58,883 nt of DNA, filler included, from Squatina squatina (GCA_031763465.1; 3 parts of 3 records of this genome joined end to end with filler, not necessarily neighbours in it); one strand, 5' to 3'. Counted from the first letter of the whole stretch, positions 12,280 through 25,253 are shown. Notes: generated by a model from the letters alone, not told the origin. Numbers and translations: made by a program.

Positions 12280-12459
12280 CTGAGCTTCTTGTTCCTCCTG
12301 ATGTTTCCTTATGCTTTCCAAAATCTCTTGAAACTCCTTCTCTTTTGCCTCGGCCTCCAGGAGGGTGGCCTCATTTTGTTCAGCATAAGCCATTGCCACC
12401 ACAGCCAGACTTAAATTGATCAGATACAAAGACCCAATGAAAATGAGGACCACAAAGAA
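12280..12459 (-). CDS. SCN4A: Nav exon (5' part lost in gap): DI S6 and start of DI-DII linker ([29 protein letters not shown]...QEAQ)
   Basis: ORF 12178..12453; donor CAG|gtatgt at 12280/12279; upstream end runs into the N gap at 12460. Confidence 0.93.
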
Positions 12460-15131
12460 NNNNNNNNNNNNNNNNNNNNNNNNNNNNNNNNNNNNNNNNN
12501 NNNNNNNNNNNNNNNNNNNNNNNNNNNNNNNNNNNNNNNNNNNNNNNNNNNNNNNNNNNNNNNNNNNNNNNNNNNNNNNNNNNNNNNNNNNNNNNNNNNN
12601 NNNNNNNNNNNNNNNNNNNNNNNNNNNNNNNNNNNNNNNNNNNNNNNNNNNNNNNNNNNNNNNNNNNNNNNNNNNNNNNNNNNNNNNNNNNNNNNNNNNN
12701 NNNNNNNNNNNNNNNNNNNNNNNNNNNNNNNNNNNNNNNNNNNNNNNNNNNNNNNNNNNNNNNNNNNNNNNNNNNNNNNNNNNNNNNNNNNNNNNNNNNN
12801 NNNNNNNNNNNNNNNNNNNNNNNNNNNNNNNNNNNNNNNNNNNNNNNNNNNNNNNNNNNNNNNNNNNNNNNNNNNNNNNNNNNNNNNNNNNNNNNNNNNN
12901 NNNNNNNNNNNNNNNNNNNNNNNNNNNNNNNNNNNNNNNNNNNNNNNNNNNNNNNNNNNNNNNNNNNNNNNNNNNNNNNNNNNNNNNNNNNNNNNNNNNN
13001 NNNNNNNNNNNNNNNNNNNNNNNNNNNNNNNNNNNNNNNNNNNNNNNNNNNNNNNNNNNNNNNNNNNNNNNNNNNNNNNNNNNNNNNNNNNNNNNNNNNN
13101 NNNNNNNNNNNNNNNNNNNNNNNNNNNNNNNNNNNNNNNNNNNNNNNNNNNNNNNNNNNNNNNNNNNNNNNNNNNNNNNNNNNNNNNNNNNNNNNNNNNN
13201 NNNNNNNNNNNNNNNNNNNNNNNNNNNNNNNNNNNNNNNNNNNNNNNNNNNNNNNNNNNNNNNNNNNNNNNNNNNNNNNNNNNNNNNNNNNNNNNNNNNN
13301 NNNNNNNNNNNNNNNNNNNNNNNNNNNNNNNNNNNNNNNNNNNNNNNNNNNNNNNNNNNNNNNNNNNNNNNNNNNNNNNNNNNNNNNNNNNNNNNNNNNN
13401 NNNNNNNNNNNNNNNNNNNNNNNNNNNNNNNNNNAAGTCAAAAAAAAACATTCAAGAAAAATGTCTATATTTTCAAAATCTCCAAAAACAATTAAAAGCT
13501 GAAGGAATGAGACTCCTCACTTGTAAAAGTTAATTTCAGAGAGGCTGTTTGGCAGTAATTAACTATTGTCACATTATTAAAAAGAATACTTAGACTGAAA
13601 TGGACAAGCCCCAATATTGTGCAACGTGTTTCGTTTGAATCTATCACGTAAGTACAGGAACTTCACACCGTTCAATGTATTTGAATAGTGAGTCAGATGG
13701 CCAGATGTTGTTTTCGGAAAGCTAACGGCAGAGCGGTGCATCTCAGACAGCAATATCCAGATTTTTGCATTTAACCACGCATCTGTGCTCACCTGAAGTT
13801 GCTGTGTGATTGTGCAGAAATAACGGAGTGCAATTAGTCTCACCATTATTTTGACAGTAAATTCTGGCCCATTGTTACAGCCTCTGAAACAGAAGCCCTA
13901 TGAAAGGAGTGTAACTCTGTGAGTGCGTGTGACTCAGCCAGGAGATCTCTGAACCTGATACCTGACACAAGGATGTTGTAGCTGGTTATTATTGTACCAA
14001 TGAATGTGAACCACAGCAGCATTTGTGAGAAATGCGACAACTGCGTTCACACCTGCAAAACTGAAGTCTGTCCTATAGAGGCCGAAATATTATTAGTGGC
14101 AAACTATAGAACAGGGAACTATTGCTACTGTTGCTATTGGTCCACTAAAGATGTGGGCACTTGTCCCTATTACTTAAATGACCACCTCCCTGGGATCTGG
14201 GATGGGGTCACTGACCTGGGGCTTAGGTGGCTGGAGGTTCTACTCTGCAATATTTGCACAGGAATTTTGTGGCTGGAACCTTTTCCACTAACTCTAACTC
14301 TATTAGGCTGCACAGATGACGTTTGGCCTTCAATCCTTGACCAAGAAGACTTAATTCCACTAGCACATTAGCATTGACTTTGATAGCCGAATATTCACTC
14401 TCCATATAGTAAAGCATACATGCTGCAAACTTCTGCAGGGTCACACAAACTGTAACTTGCCCACTCAGCAACTGAGTCATCACTGCCTTCTACAATAAAT
14501 TGTATAAAGGCATTGATTTGCATAAAGTTATGCATTTTAATATGTGACGTGCTGTAATACTATCAGTGCTTATTATTAATTCTTTTATTGCTGTTGAGCC
14601 TTTCAGTTCACTACAGTTAGAACAGTGCCAAGCTATGTACTTCTTTGCTACCTAAATAGAAAGTAAAACTTACATTTACATAGAGCCTTTCACAACCTCA
14701 GGAGGTCCCAGAGTGCTTTACAACCAATGAAGGACTTTTGAAGTGTAGTCACTGTTTTAATATAGGAAACATGTCAGCCAATTTACGCACAGCAAGCTCC
14801 CACAAACACCAGTGCGATAACNNNNNNNNNNNNNNNNNNNNNNNNNNNNNNNNNNNNNNNNNNNNNNNNNNNNNNNNNNNNNNNNNNNNNNNNNNNNNNN
14901 NNNNNNNNNNNNNNNNNNNNNCAGAACGGCCCACTCCTGCTCCTATTTTCTATGTTTCTAATATTGGTAAATTTAAAGCAACCCCTCACTAATGAAATCA
15001 TGAAAATAAACTCAGTTAATCCTTTGCTCAACACATATTTAACAGTCCAAATTTTCACAGCATCAAGTAAGGAGCATTTTTTGTTTGAACACGTATTTAA
15101 TTGGAATATGGTTAAATGGTATAGACTGTAC

Positions 15132-15401
15132 CTTCGTTATTAACATAGACATCCCAGTTGAATCCTCCAGTGTAGTTACCGAGCAGGGTATCATTGTCCA
15201 CCCCTGACCCATTTTCTATGAAGGTGTCGTTGTATAGCAGTTCTGCTGGTGGTGGCCATATCACACATTTATGCTTCAAATTTCCCATAAACAGCTGGAG
15301 ACCAATAAGTGCAAATACACTTAAACAGAAAACTGTCAGAATCATCACATCTGATAATTTCTTTACTGACTGGATCAGAGCTCCGACAATGGTTTTTAAC
15401 C
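15132..15401 (-). CDS. SCN4A: Nav exon: DI S4-S5 linker, S5 and extracellular turret ([16 protein letters not shown]...[10 protein letters not shown])
   Basis: 270 bp; acceptor cactag|GG at 15402/15401; donor GAAG|gtacag at 15132/15131; ORF 15112..15486. Confidence 0.95.
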
Positions 15402-15841
15402 CTAGTGAACAAGAGAAAAAGAGGTTGTGTGTCAACATGAATCCTGGGCCTTTCATACCAGATTTAAACGATATTCTATGTGTCACTGATATATTTGTTT
15501 AAATGGTTGCAACAGTGACCCCAGCATTGGAACTACCCCTCCAGTTAAAATTCAGCCGAAATGGGTTTAAATTGTCGCAAGAGTTACACTGAAAGGAAGA
15601 AGTTTTTAATTATTTTCCTCAAAACTTTGAAGAGGCCCTCTGCTGTTAACTTTTCCTGATTATATTCTATTTTATCCTCCTCTTTTCTCCTGTCCTCGAG
15701 GCACTAACTTAGCTGGGAACAACCACAACTCAATGCGGCATGCAGGAACCTCCGCTGCTCTCTGGGTAAGTAGTTTAACGTTGATAAAATCAATAAATTG
15801 CATTACGTGTTTTGATAATGACAAAACCCTGGTAATCAAGG

Positions 15842-15941
15842 NNNNNNNNNNNNNNNNNNNNNNNNNNNNNNNNNNNNNNNNNNNNTTAATTAATTAANNN
15901 NNNNNNNNNNNNNNNNNNNNNNNNNNNNNNNNNNNNNNNNN
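15842..15941. other. Synthetic scaffold-joining spacer (44 N + TTAATTAATTAA + 44 N)
   Basis: Exactly 100 bp; palindromic 12-mer at 15886-15897 gives stops in all six frames; identical copy at 46170-46269. Confidence 0.95.
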
Positions 15942-16773
15942 AGGGATGACCTGAAGGTCAGGAGATGCTCTGTGTCCCACCCATCAGTATCCTCACACTC
16001 GCATCAACAGAGGTGACCAGACCTCACTTTGGCAGATCAATAGTACATACGTATATTTCTATTCCCAAAGGAAGGTGACCGAGTGGCACCGCAAAGATAT
16101 GTGAATGCCTGACTAGCCATCATAGAAATTAGTACAAAGAGGGAGATGAAAAAGAAACTAGCCTTGAGTTAGAGTGCTTGTTAGGATATGTGTAGTAGTT
16201 ATTATTCCAGCACTGCGCTCCATCTTTTTGACTGATGCACTGCTGATCTCAAAGTAGAGTCGAAACTAAAAAAAGAATTTGAATTCCTATTTGAAACCAG
16301 AATTATCCTGATTTGCAATGTGACTTTTTGTTTCTATTAATCTAATAGCTTGAGCTGGATTGTTTTGTTACCTGAAACCATTACAGACACCGTCATATAG
16401 ATGAGATGGGCAGTTTAGCAGGAAATCCTTCTAACCTCATCAAGAAAAACAATTATCTTTTTAATATTCTGTAACATTGCCGCTATTGTATTATTGAATT
16501 AGTATGCCAAGAATGTTGCTTTTTCACTACAAAATTACAGTTGGGTTATAGTTACTGAATATACATAATTATAGCTTTCAGTCAAACAGGAACGAATGTT
16601 TATTATCTCTATCTCAAATACATACACATGAGGTCACCTATGTCATTAAACATAACTGTAACATAGTTAATAANNNNNNNNNNNNNNNNNNNNNNNNNNN
16701 NNNNNNNNNNNNNNNNNNNNNNNNNNNNNNNNNNNNNNNNNNNNNNNNNNNNNNNNNNNNNNNNNNNNNNNNN

Positions 16774-16915
16774 CCCACTACCGATGTCAGGCTAACTGGT
16801 CTATAATTCCCTGTTTTCTCCCTCCTTCCTTTTTTAAAAAGTGGGGTTATATTAGCTACCCTCCAATCCACAGGAACTGATCCAGAATCTAGAGAATCTA
16901 GAGAATTGTTCAATG
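16774..16915 (-). mobile_element. CR1 LINE ORF2 fragment
   Basis: SLDSGSVPVDWRVANITPLFKKGRREKTGNYRPVSLTSVV. Confidence 0.88.
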
Positions 16916-17129
16916 TCTGCGCTGTCCGTTGATCTTCCTCTGAAGTTATGGCAGTCAATTGGCAGAACCTCCATGGAAATCAGTGGAAATTGTATGTAGA
17001 TTTGTTGAGATTTATTTAGATAATTTTGAAAGCTGAAATCTTTAAAATAAGGCAGAAATGTGCAAGTAGTTCCTGTCAAAGTTCATGTCGTGCTGTCCTG
17101 ATAAGAGATGTTTGAGGAAATGATACTGA

Positions 17130-17385
17130 TTTGCATCTTTGGATGAGACATTAAACTGAGGTGCTGTCTGCTCTTTCAGATGAACATAAAAGTTCCCATG
17201 GCACTATTTGAAAAAGGGCAGGAGAGTGCACCCAATGTCCTGGCCAATCAACAGCACAAAAACAAATTATATGGTAATTATCTCATTGCTGCTTGTAGAA
17301 CCTTGCCGTGTTCAATTTGACTGCTGCATTTCTCTTTGTTATAACAATGACTACATTCCAAAAGTACTTTGTCGGCTGTAGCACC
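17130..17385 (+). mobile_element. Deu-domain SINE body fragment
   Basis: ctttggatgagacattaaactgagg...cccatggcactatttg; homologous to 30140-30511. Confidence 0.65.
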
Positions 17386-20300
17386 TTTCTTTCTTTCTAC
17401 CATGGAAAACGAATGTTTGGCACATAGGAGGCTTCTCTATATAGGGGAGCAAGATGTCTCATGCGGTAGAGATCAGAATTAGTCTGTTCCCCTTTCTACA
17501 GTGCAGTGTTTTGTGTCGGAATAATGGCCATCTTTTAGAAACTGTCATTGCTGTCATCTGAATTAAAAGTAATACCAGTAGCAATGTTCCACCAATATTT
17601 CTGGCACGACACAGGAGACATAAAAAGAATGTTGTGATTCTATGTAATTAAATTAGGCCAGTTTACTGGCACTACAGCTTCAGGCTATGAATTAAACTTC
17701 TGCAGGTTTTTTACCGTACATGTTGATTGCAGCATTTTTGCAGTTCTGAATATATCTGCCAGTAAGTGTTTGTATTTAATTCAACCTGCCCTCTTAGGGC
17801 CTTGGGACCCTCTGTTGTCCAGCAACAGCCAGAAAGCCCAAGAATGCATCTGCAGAAGCCTGCACCTGTGCTTCAACTTGCTCCCCTTTTTGGCAGCTCT
17901 GGGCTCTGCCAGGGAACGGGCCTGCATAGAGGTTGCCCTCTGGTCACATTAATGGTCCAGGACAGGATATGCTTGTGGTATTGAGCCTAGACAGTGCCCG
18001 GACCGAAGGTCGGGGTTGGAAAATAAGCTCCATAATGCTCAATGTGCCTAAAAATATTCAACAAATAAGTTACTGTGCCTTGTATTCACTTCACTGACAA
18101 TCTTAAGCACAGGAATTAGTTGGAAGAAACTGGCATACCATCCAACTGCCATTCTGACCAAGATATTTTGCACAAGGCAGATTTAATATTGATACTCCCT
18201 GTAGACACAAACTGCACACTTCAAAAAAAAAATCATTTCTTTAGCAGCAGAAAAGAAACTGCATGCGTGAATGATCTGGCATATTTGTTAATATTTAATC
18301 AAATTTCCTTTAAACTTTTCAGAAACCTGGTTATATGGGGGAAGAAAACTGGGTCGCCAGAAGTGGACATAGAGAACTAACACATAGAGAATATGCTTCT
18401 GTTTGCCTTTGTATTGATTCTGAGAGTGACAAAAAGGTCCTTGATCATGCCCTACCAAAGCATACTAATTTGCTAGATCAAGTCTGTCAGAATATCGAGT
18501 GGAACCAAGGAGCTATGGTGGCAGCCTTTGTGCTCTGTGCAGCAGGGAGCCTGTCTGTGAAACAGGATTATCAGGGGGTCATGCAGGCAGCCAAAGTGCG
18601 TCCATCACTTTCCTTCTGCTAATGCATTGGGGCGGACTCATGTATGTGATTGAGATGTACTAGACAGGAGGCATACCAGTGAAGAAATCAAAAAATGTAC
18701 ATGCAGCGCCTGACGGGCTACTGTGAACCACAAATGTGGTGATGAAGAAACCAGACTCTTGGATCATATCAGCAATTCCAATTGTCTTTCCATTTCTGGT
18801 ATAATACCTCACATATACCAAATGCAGTTTTATTTGAAAGGTGTACATTTCAGATGTGTACAAAATATATTTTCAGTTTCCCTTACTGCAGAGATGGGAA
18901 TTTTCTCAACAACGACTTACACTCACACTTTTAGTGTTGCAAAACGACTCAATGCACTTCAAAGGGGGAAATGCAGTGAAGGGATATCTGTGCTATTGAA
19001 TGGAGACTTTACCAATTTTTCTAGCCAGTTTCAGCTTAAAATATTTTCATGCCACATATAGCATGGATAAGAGGTAGAGTGAAGTTATCCCAATAGTTGG
19101 CAGCGGCCCAACCTAAGAACCACACCCATTACTGCACAATCGTAGATCTCTCCATACCAGCCATCTCTCTATACCACCTATCCTGTGTCCTTCCAGATTG
19201 AGAATATTAATTTAATGGCACGGGGTTCTAATTCACCACATTTTCCAGGTTTGCTATACATATATATTTTTAAATATATATTTTCCTTTTTTTTTACTCT
19301 CAGTATAGGTTAACAAGGAACATATTGGCCCGGAATTTGAAGTCAGCGATGAAGCAAAGGCGCTTGCCATAGGCCCTGAAGAAAGCTGTCCACAGAGATC
19401 TTGCAATCCCTGTGGCAAGAAGTTTGCTTTCTTTTGATGTTGAAGTAATTTCAGTGTAGTGTAGTGGGAATTCCTTAGTGCGATCTGCTGTGAAGTTGAC
19501 AAGCTGTCCAAGAAACCAATCTCATTGCAGAATTCTCACAGAAAGGGAACCAGGAAATGGGAGGCTGTGTTTATCCAGGCTTTTTAAAAAATGCTACAAA
19601 GATCAAAATAAAGATAAAGTAAACCTGAAATAAATATGAACAAACTTTTTAAAAATACAGTTTTAAAAAAAAGTTACTTAAAAATTGTAATTTTCACCAT
19701 TATGGAGAAATTTGATACTTCACAAAATTAAAATTATTTTTTCAGGTCCATAATGTTTATGTGGCAGTTAATACCCTGGTTAAAATCTCTGTTACACCTC
19801 CCCATTTCAGACCGTAACCTCTGCCCTATATTTTTTCCAGTNNNNNNNNNNNNNNNNNNNNNNNNNNNNNNNNNNNNNNNNNNNNNNNNNNNNNNNNNNN
19901 NNNNNNNNNNNNNNNNNNNNNNNNNNNNNNNNNNNNNNNNNCTTGAATATTCCAAATATAACAAGGAACATTTTTATTGCTTTAAATGTTCTATAAGCAT
20001 GGCTTACCAAGTTCTTTCTCGGTCACCTAAGGAGATTCAATGGAAATTTTTAATAATATGTCTTTTAAGTGCATAGGTTTAGAATTGGAAGGAATACTTT
20101 CTGTTCATCTCAGCTTTTGAATCTCTGCATTCTAAATGTAATAGAAGAGATTGTGTGACTAGTATTACATTGCAAAATGAGCTGGACTAGGTCCAGTCCA
20201 CAGGGAGTCCTGGCTCCATTTAGTCTCATTCTCTAGCTTCCTTTGTCTCTCTGTTCCCTGACTGTCTCTCGCACTCTCACCATGTCTATTGCTGCAATAA

Positions 20301-20689
20301 TATCTGCATCTCTGTTTCTATCTCTTCCTTTTCTTAGGAGGAAGAATTAAAGAGACAGGAATAAGTGCAAGGTTTGCCATGATGGCAAAAAGCTGCATTT
20401 TGAATGCAGTGATAGAACGTGTGTAATGAAAGAGTCTGGAAGTTCTTTCAGTAGAAATGACAAGTGAAGCTCATTTATCTCACACTGAGGAAGGACACAT
20501 CTTGAAAACAGTGGGCGTTTGGAAGGAGACCAGGGAGGACAATGAGCACTTTGAAAGTTAAGTTTAATGCACACGCATCAACCACTCCGACTGGACAATG
20601 ACTTTAGACTCAGAGCAGAACCCATGCACAATAATATTGTGCCATGTCTGCCCACAGCCACAGCTGAGAGAGAAGTAAAGGCGCGGCGA

Positions 20690-21010
20690 GAAGAGAAAAA
20701 ACTAAACGGGAGGAGAGAAAACTAAATGAGAGGAACAGAAAGGAAGCAAAACAGGGGAAAGAAACTAAATGTAGGAGACAGAAAACCAGTTGAGAGAGGG
20801 CTAGAGAGAACTATATGCGAGAGGGAGAGAAAGGTTTAACAAAACTAAATGAGGGGGATGGTGAACTAAATGTGAGATACAGAACTAAACAAGGATAGAG
20901 AGAGAATTAAATAATGGAGCAAAATCTAAACAAGATGGAGAGAAAACTAAATGAGAGTGGGGAAGAGAGCGGAAAAAATGAATTGAAGAGCGAGGTGGAG
21001 AAAGAATGAG
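20690..21010 (+). repeat. Degenerate purine-rich minisatellite, about 20-bp unit with core AACTAAAT
   Basis: Recurring gagagaaaactaaatgagag-like units, about 10 or more copies. Confidence 0.7.
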
Positions 21011-21429
21011 AAAACTCAGAAACAAAGAAACATAAATTCGGGAGTGCCACGTTTGAGGTGCTAACGTTTGAAAGCCAGGCGCTAATGTTTTTCAGCTTTC
21101 AAAAAATTCGGTGTTTGCACTCCAGAAAGGAAGTGGAGCACTAAACCAAGCCTGGAGAGCTTCCTGGAGCGCTACAGGATGCAGGCGGGCAGTACTGGTG
21201 CAGCGTGGCACAATGGGCCAGGGAAAGAATGGAGTGAGAGAAGTTAGTGAATGATGCAGACAAAGTGAAAGAGAAAACAGTTTGTACGTGAAGTTTGAGG
21301 AACAGCCTCACTTTAATTCATTACCACCCAAATGTGATCCTGACCTCCTGCTTCAGGTCTCCTTTCTACTAATTATGCGCCTTGGGAGGTTTTACTACAT
21401 TAAAGATGCTGTTGTTGTTGTTGCTTCCA

Positions 21430-21758
21430 CACCCACCTTTATGTTTCTGTCTTTTCCAACCAAGCTCAATGAAGACTTTGGGAATATATCTCGTTTTTCT
21501 CTTCGCCACTTATTTTGCATTTTCCTTGTTTATTTCTCCCAGTCATGCTTTTATATTTTGGGGCTGTTGTTTTTAACTAAACTTTTGCTTTTCGAACATC
21601 TTTTCTGTTATACCGATTATATCCCCCGCAGATGTGATACTGCCCTTTCTGCGCTACAGCCCAAGACGACTTTCTCCCACCTTGTGTTTTGTTCAGTCCT
21701 ATTCAGGAACAAATCACTTCTCAGTATCCTGTTCTGATGAAGGCTCTACATCCTAAAC
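21430..21758 (+). mobile_element. Penelope-like element 3' UTR/pLTR remnant with a degenerate minimal hammerhead core
   Basis: Pyrimidine-rich tract ending gttCTGATGAaggctctacatcctAAAC at the gap. Confidence 0.5.
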
Positions 21759-21858
21759 NNNNNNNNNNNNNNNNNNNNNNNNNNNNNNNNNNNNNNNNNN
21801 NNNNNNNNNNNNNNNNNNNNNNNNNNNNNNNNNNNNNNNNNNNNNNNNNNNNNNNNNN

Positions 21859-22350
21859 GCGGGAGCTTCTCAACAGTTTAATCAAATGAAGTGCAGAGCA
21901 ATTTGGGTGCAATATATGACGCCTTGAACCCTGGGGAAGCCCGCAATGCTGGTGAAACCTAGTGCTCTCTCGTCCTGCTTCACTTTGTCCATAGGGAATA
22001 TGATGTAGATGTTCCTCCTGGTGTAGAGAGCCTCAGTGACACCCCAGATATATCAGTGTATTGTGAACTGAGATATGTCACTGATGTCACTTGCTACAGG
22101 CTGAAAAGAGTCCATGGCATAAAGGTTAAGAGTCATGGTGACCTTGACAGCCATAGGCAGTGCTGTCTATGCCCTGGTTCGAGGCTGGTGTTTTGGCTGC
22201 AGCAGATGACATAGCTTGGTGACAGACTCTCTGTGGATATGGCCTCTTTTTCATTGCCCTCCTCCTCCCACTTCTGGCAGCTTCTTCTGCTCTGTGTTGC
22301 TTCCCCTCACCCTCCAGCCCCAAAGGCAGCACTATGAGACAATCCATATC
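21859..22350 (-). mobile_element. Dead PIF/Harbinger transposase, N-terminal half
   Basis: RRRAMKKRPYPQRV..., ALPMAVKVT..., FPMDKVKQDERALGFTSIAGFPRVQGVIYCTQ (catalytic IDCTH Asp read as Tyr); frameshifts. Confidence 0.8.
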
Positions 22351-23995
22351 TGCACGGAGGAACAACAGTGCAAGATCAGCAAAACCTCTCTGTACAGACA
22401 AAGTGAACTTTCCAGAGTAATACTGCACAAAAAACACCTAGAAGTCAATCAGTAGCCATAATTAATAATCCATCAACTAACCTGTAACTACTTCATGATG
22501 CCTTCATATAGCACTGGTGAGGTGGCCTCCCTGCCATGTTGTGCTGTGTTAGGTCAGCATGTGCAAGTAAAGCGCTGGGTCAATCCAAATTGAAATTCAT
22601 TACACAGAGCTTAGAATGAGCCAGCATGACTTCCTCTACCAATAGGGCGGGTAGTGCAACTACAGCTGGAAGTATGCCCGCGCATCCTGCCCGCCATATT
22701 TGGGGACTTAGTAGGCCTTTTAAGTGCCCAAAAAACAGGAGCTACATGGCCGAATTTTGAGGCTGATGTGTTTCAGGAAGCTCATTAACCTGATCACAAA
22801 ACTATTTCCCTTTCGTCCCTTTTGCATTTTTTGTTAGTTTAATTTGCAGAGCAGGTGTTTTATAACCATCTGAGTCCCCGATGTAGCTTTATCCAGTAAA
22901 AGTAAGCAAATGAAGCACACAGACAGTCGATCCATGGAACCAATTTTTCTCTCAATGGGACCATCTGGTAACTGAAAAGAAAAATGTTTAGCTGGATGCT
23001 TTGTAGATTTGCCTGCACAATTACCCTTCCTAAATGCTGGCAGTTATAGTGCTACCTCTGTGGAAGTGCTATGATTATACTAATGCTATTTTTTAAAATA
23101 TCTTTGTCATTGCTTCAGCTATAGTAACGAGCAATGCTATGTTACCAGATGTATGCTGTATTGACTGATATAAATGTTANNNNNNNNNNNNNNNNNNNNN
23201 NNNNNNNNNNNNNNNNNNNNNNNNNNNNNNNNNNNNNNNNNNNNNNNNNNNNNNNNNNNNNNNNNNNNNNNNNNNNNNNCAAAATGATATTATGGAAAAG
23301 GAAATTTATTTAGTTTCTCTATTATACAAAGAACCATAAACAAATAATGTTAAATCAGGAAATACATCAGCAAAATATAAATCTTCCATGTGACAAATGG
23401 GTGTGGTACTTGAATATTGCTGAAATACTATTCTCATGTTTGAGATGTTCTTAGTGCCCCTTTGTTAAAGTATGATATTTGTTCAATGTACCTACCCTTA
23501 ATGAAAAAAATAGGACTATTTGTTTAACTGATTTATTGGCCAATAATACAACGGAGCTCAAAGCCTACTTATTGTTGATTTATTACTGAAACAAGCTTAA
23601 GATTTAATGCCACAACAAACCTTTTTGTTCTAATAAAGCTCTGGGGCATGGTATTTCCCTTCACTTGAAAGTGAGGATTTGCTGCTTACTGTTTCTGTTT
23701 CCTGGAGCAAACACCTCACAAATTGATGGATCTGTCCTCTGAGGTTTACGCTGAGGCATTACAGCTTTTTAAAATATTAATATGTGAGCACATTTAGCAG
23801 AAAGTAGCTAGTCTGAAAGTCTCCTGTGGCTGCTATACGGGTCACCAGAGACCTTCTGCCTCTCAAAGCAAAAGGTTTGGTCTAAGTGTGGTATTAAGCT
23901 GAGCTTTCGGATTTTACGAAATGACATTCTTTGCAGTCACATTTTCAGATGAAACTGCAATAGTATTTTTCCTACTTATTTTTTTCTTGTTTCAG

Positions 23996-24045
23996 AATTG
24001 AGTTTGCGTTCTGGGAACAGAGATACTGCAGACTGCACTACAGCC
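23996..24045 (+). other. Possible exon start (unidentified), truncated by gap
   Basis: Strong acceptor tttttttcttgtttcag, then two open frames (LSLRSGNRDTADCTTA or IEFAFWEQRYCRLHYS); no homolog recognised. Confidence 0.25.
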
Positions 24046-25067
24046 NNNNNNNNNNNNNNNNNNNNNNNNNNNNNNNNNNNNNNNNNNNNNNNNNNNNNNN
24101 NNNNNNNNNNNNNNNNNNNNNNNNNNNNNNNNNNNNNNNNNNNNNGGGTTGGCATGCAATGTGATGATGTCGCATGCCGGCCGCTGCGCCACCAGTGGTG
24201 GGACTTTTATGCCACCAGCGCCCAAGGCCCAATTTTGTAAATTTCATTTTTTGGCCTTGCGTTGATTTCACGCCCAGATTGCGCTGCTAATCAGCAGAAT
24301 CTGGCCCAGAGATGAGACCAATTGGGTGCCCTATATGTTTACTAATATTGTGATAGAACTCCTCTTCTCCTAGGAAGATATTTTTATCTAACTGTAAAAT
24401 AGGAAGTCACGCAGAAATCCAAGATTACATTGCCAGCAACAAAGTTCTATCCATCCATGTCCTGGAGGGCACTGCATTCTGGCATTGGCAAGCATTTTTC
24501 TGTAAAGGGGCTGTTTTGATGTTTAACAGAAAATCATTCCATGGTCTTCTTTAACTAGTCTGGTGGTTGTTAAGGATCCCATATCACTTTCAAAAATCAG
24601 AACAAATATAGCTGGAGCTTGTTTCCCTGCCATTAAGTTAGATAATAGAATGCACTATTTCTAAATAAAATCATGTGATAATGGGTCACTCCGTGTTGCT
24701 AAATTGGTGTTTGTATGATGTTAATCCCTTTAAAGTTTCCCTCCTTCTTCCCTTAGAAGGACATGTGCTAATTAAAAAAGGAAAAGTGCTGTTTCTTTTA
24801 GTGAGAGCTGAAAATTAAGCCATCNNNNNNNNNNNNNNNNNNNNNNNNNNNNNNNNNNNNNNNNNNNNNNNNNNNNNNNNNNNNNNNNNNNNNNNNNNNN
24901 NNNNNNNNNNNNNNNNNNNNNNNNGCATACATGAGAGAGAAATGAATAGACGGATATAGGGGCACTGTGTCAAGAGATATTTAGAGTGTGAGTAGGCTGA
25001 CTAGAGGTATAAACACCAGCATAGACCAGTTAGGCTGAATGGCCTGTTCCTGTGCTGTAGATTCTGT

Positions 25068-25253
25068 GGGGATAATTTTAATTTTGGACGATGGTATAAA
25101 ACGGGCGCTTTAGGATTAAGCGCCCATTGTCCACCATGCTTGATTTTCCTTCCCAGTGAAGTCAATCCAAGGGAAAATTGGGCAGGATGTTTAATGGGCG
25201 GCCAATTCAATACCGCCTATTGCACACCATTGCCCATAGTTAAAATTACCCCC
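25068..25253. mobile_element. MITE-like palindromic element inserted in a CR1 3' tail
   Basis: Imperfect terminal inverted repeats GGGGATAATTTTAA / TTAAAATTACCCCC; internal symmetry (gcgcccatt / aatgggcg, gattttcc / ggaaaatt). Confidence 0.7.

Noticed and set aside
7725-13495. Long ORFs in the track (e.g. 7749-8300, 12380-13495, and similar elsewhere)
   Set aside because: Made of X residues from N gaps.
14000-14483. ORFs 14000..14371 (+) and 14223..14483 (-) as nested genes or the missing DI pore exons
   Set aside because: No Nav or other recognisable motifs and no convincing splice sites.
15886-15897. TTAATTAATTAA palindrome as a homeodomain site or biological repeat
   Set aside because: Symmetrically padded by exactly 44 N and repeated identically at 46214-46225; it is a synthetic linker.
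20690-21010. CRISPR-like repeat-spacer array
   Set aside because: Units are degenerate and low-complexity with no unique spacers, no cas genes, and a vertebrate context.
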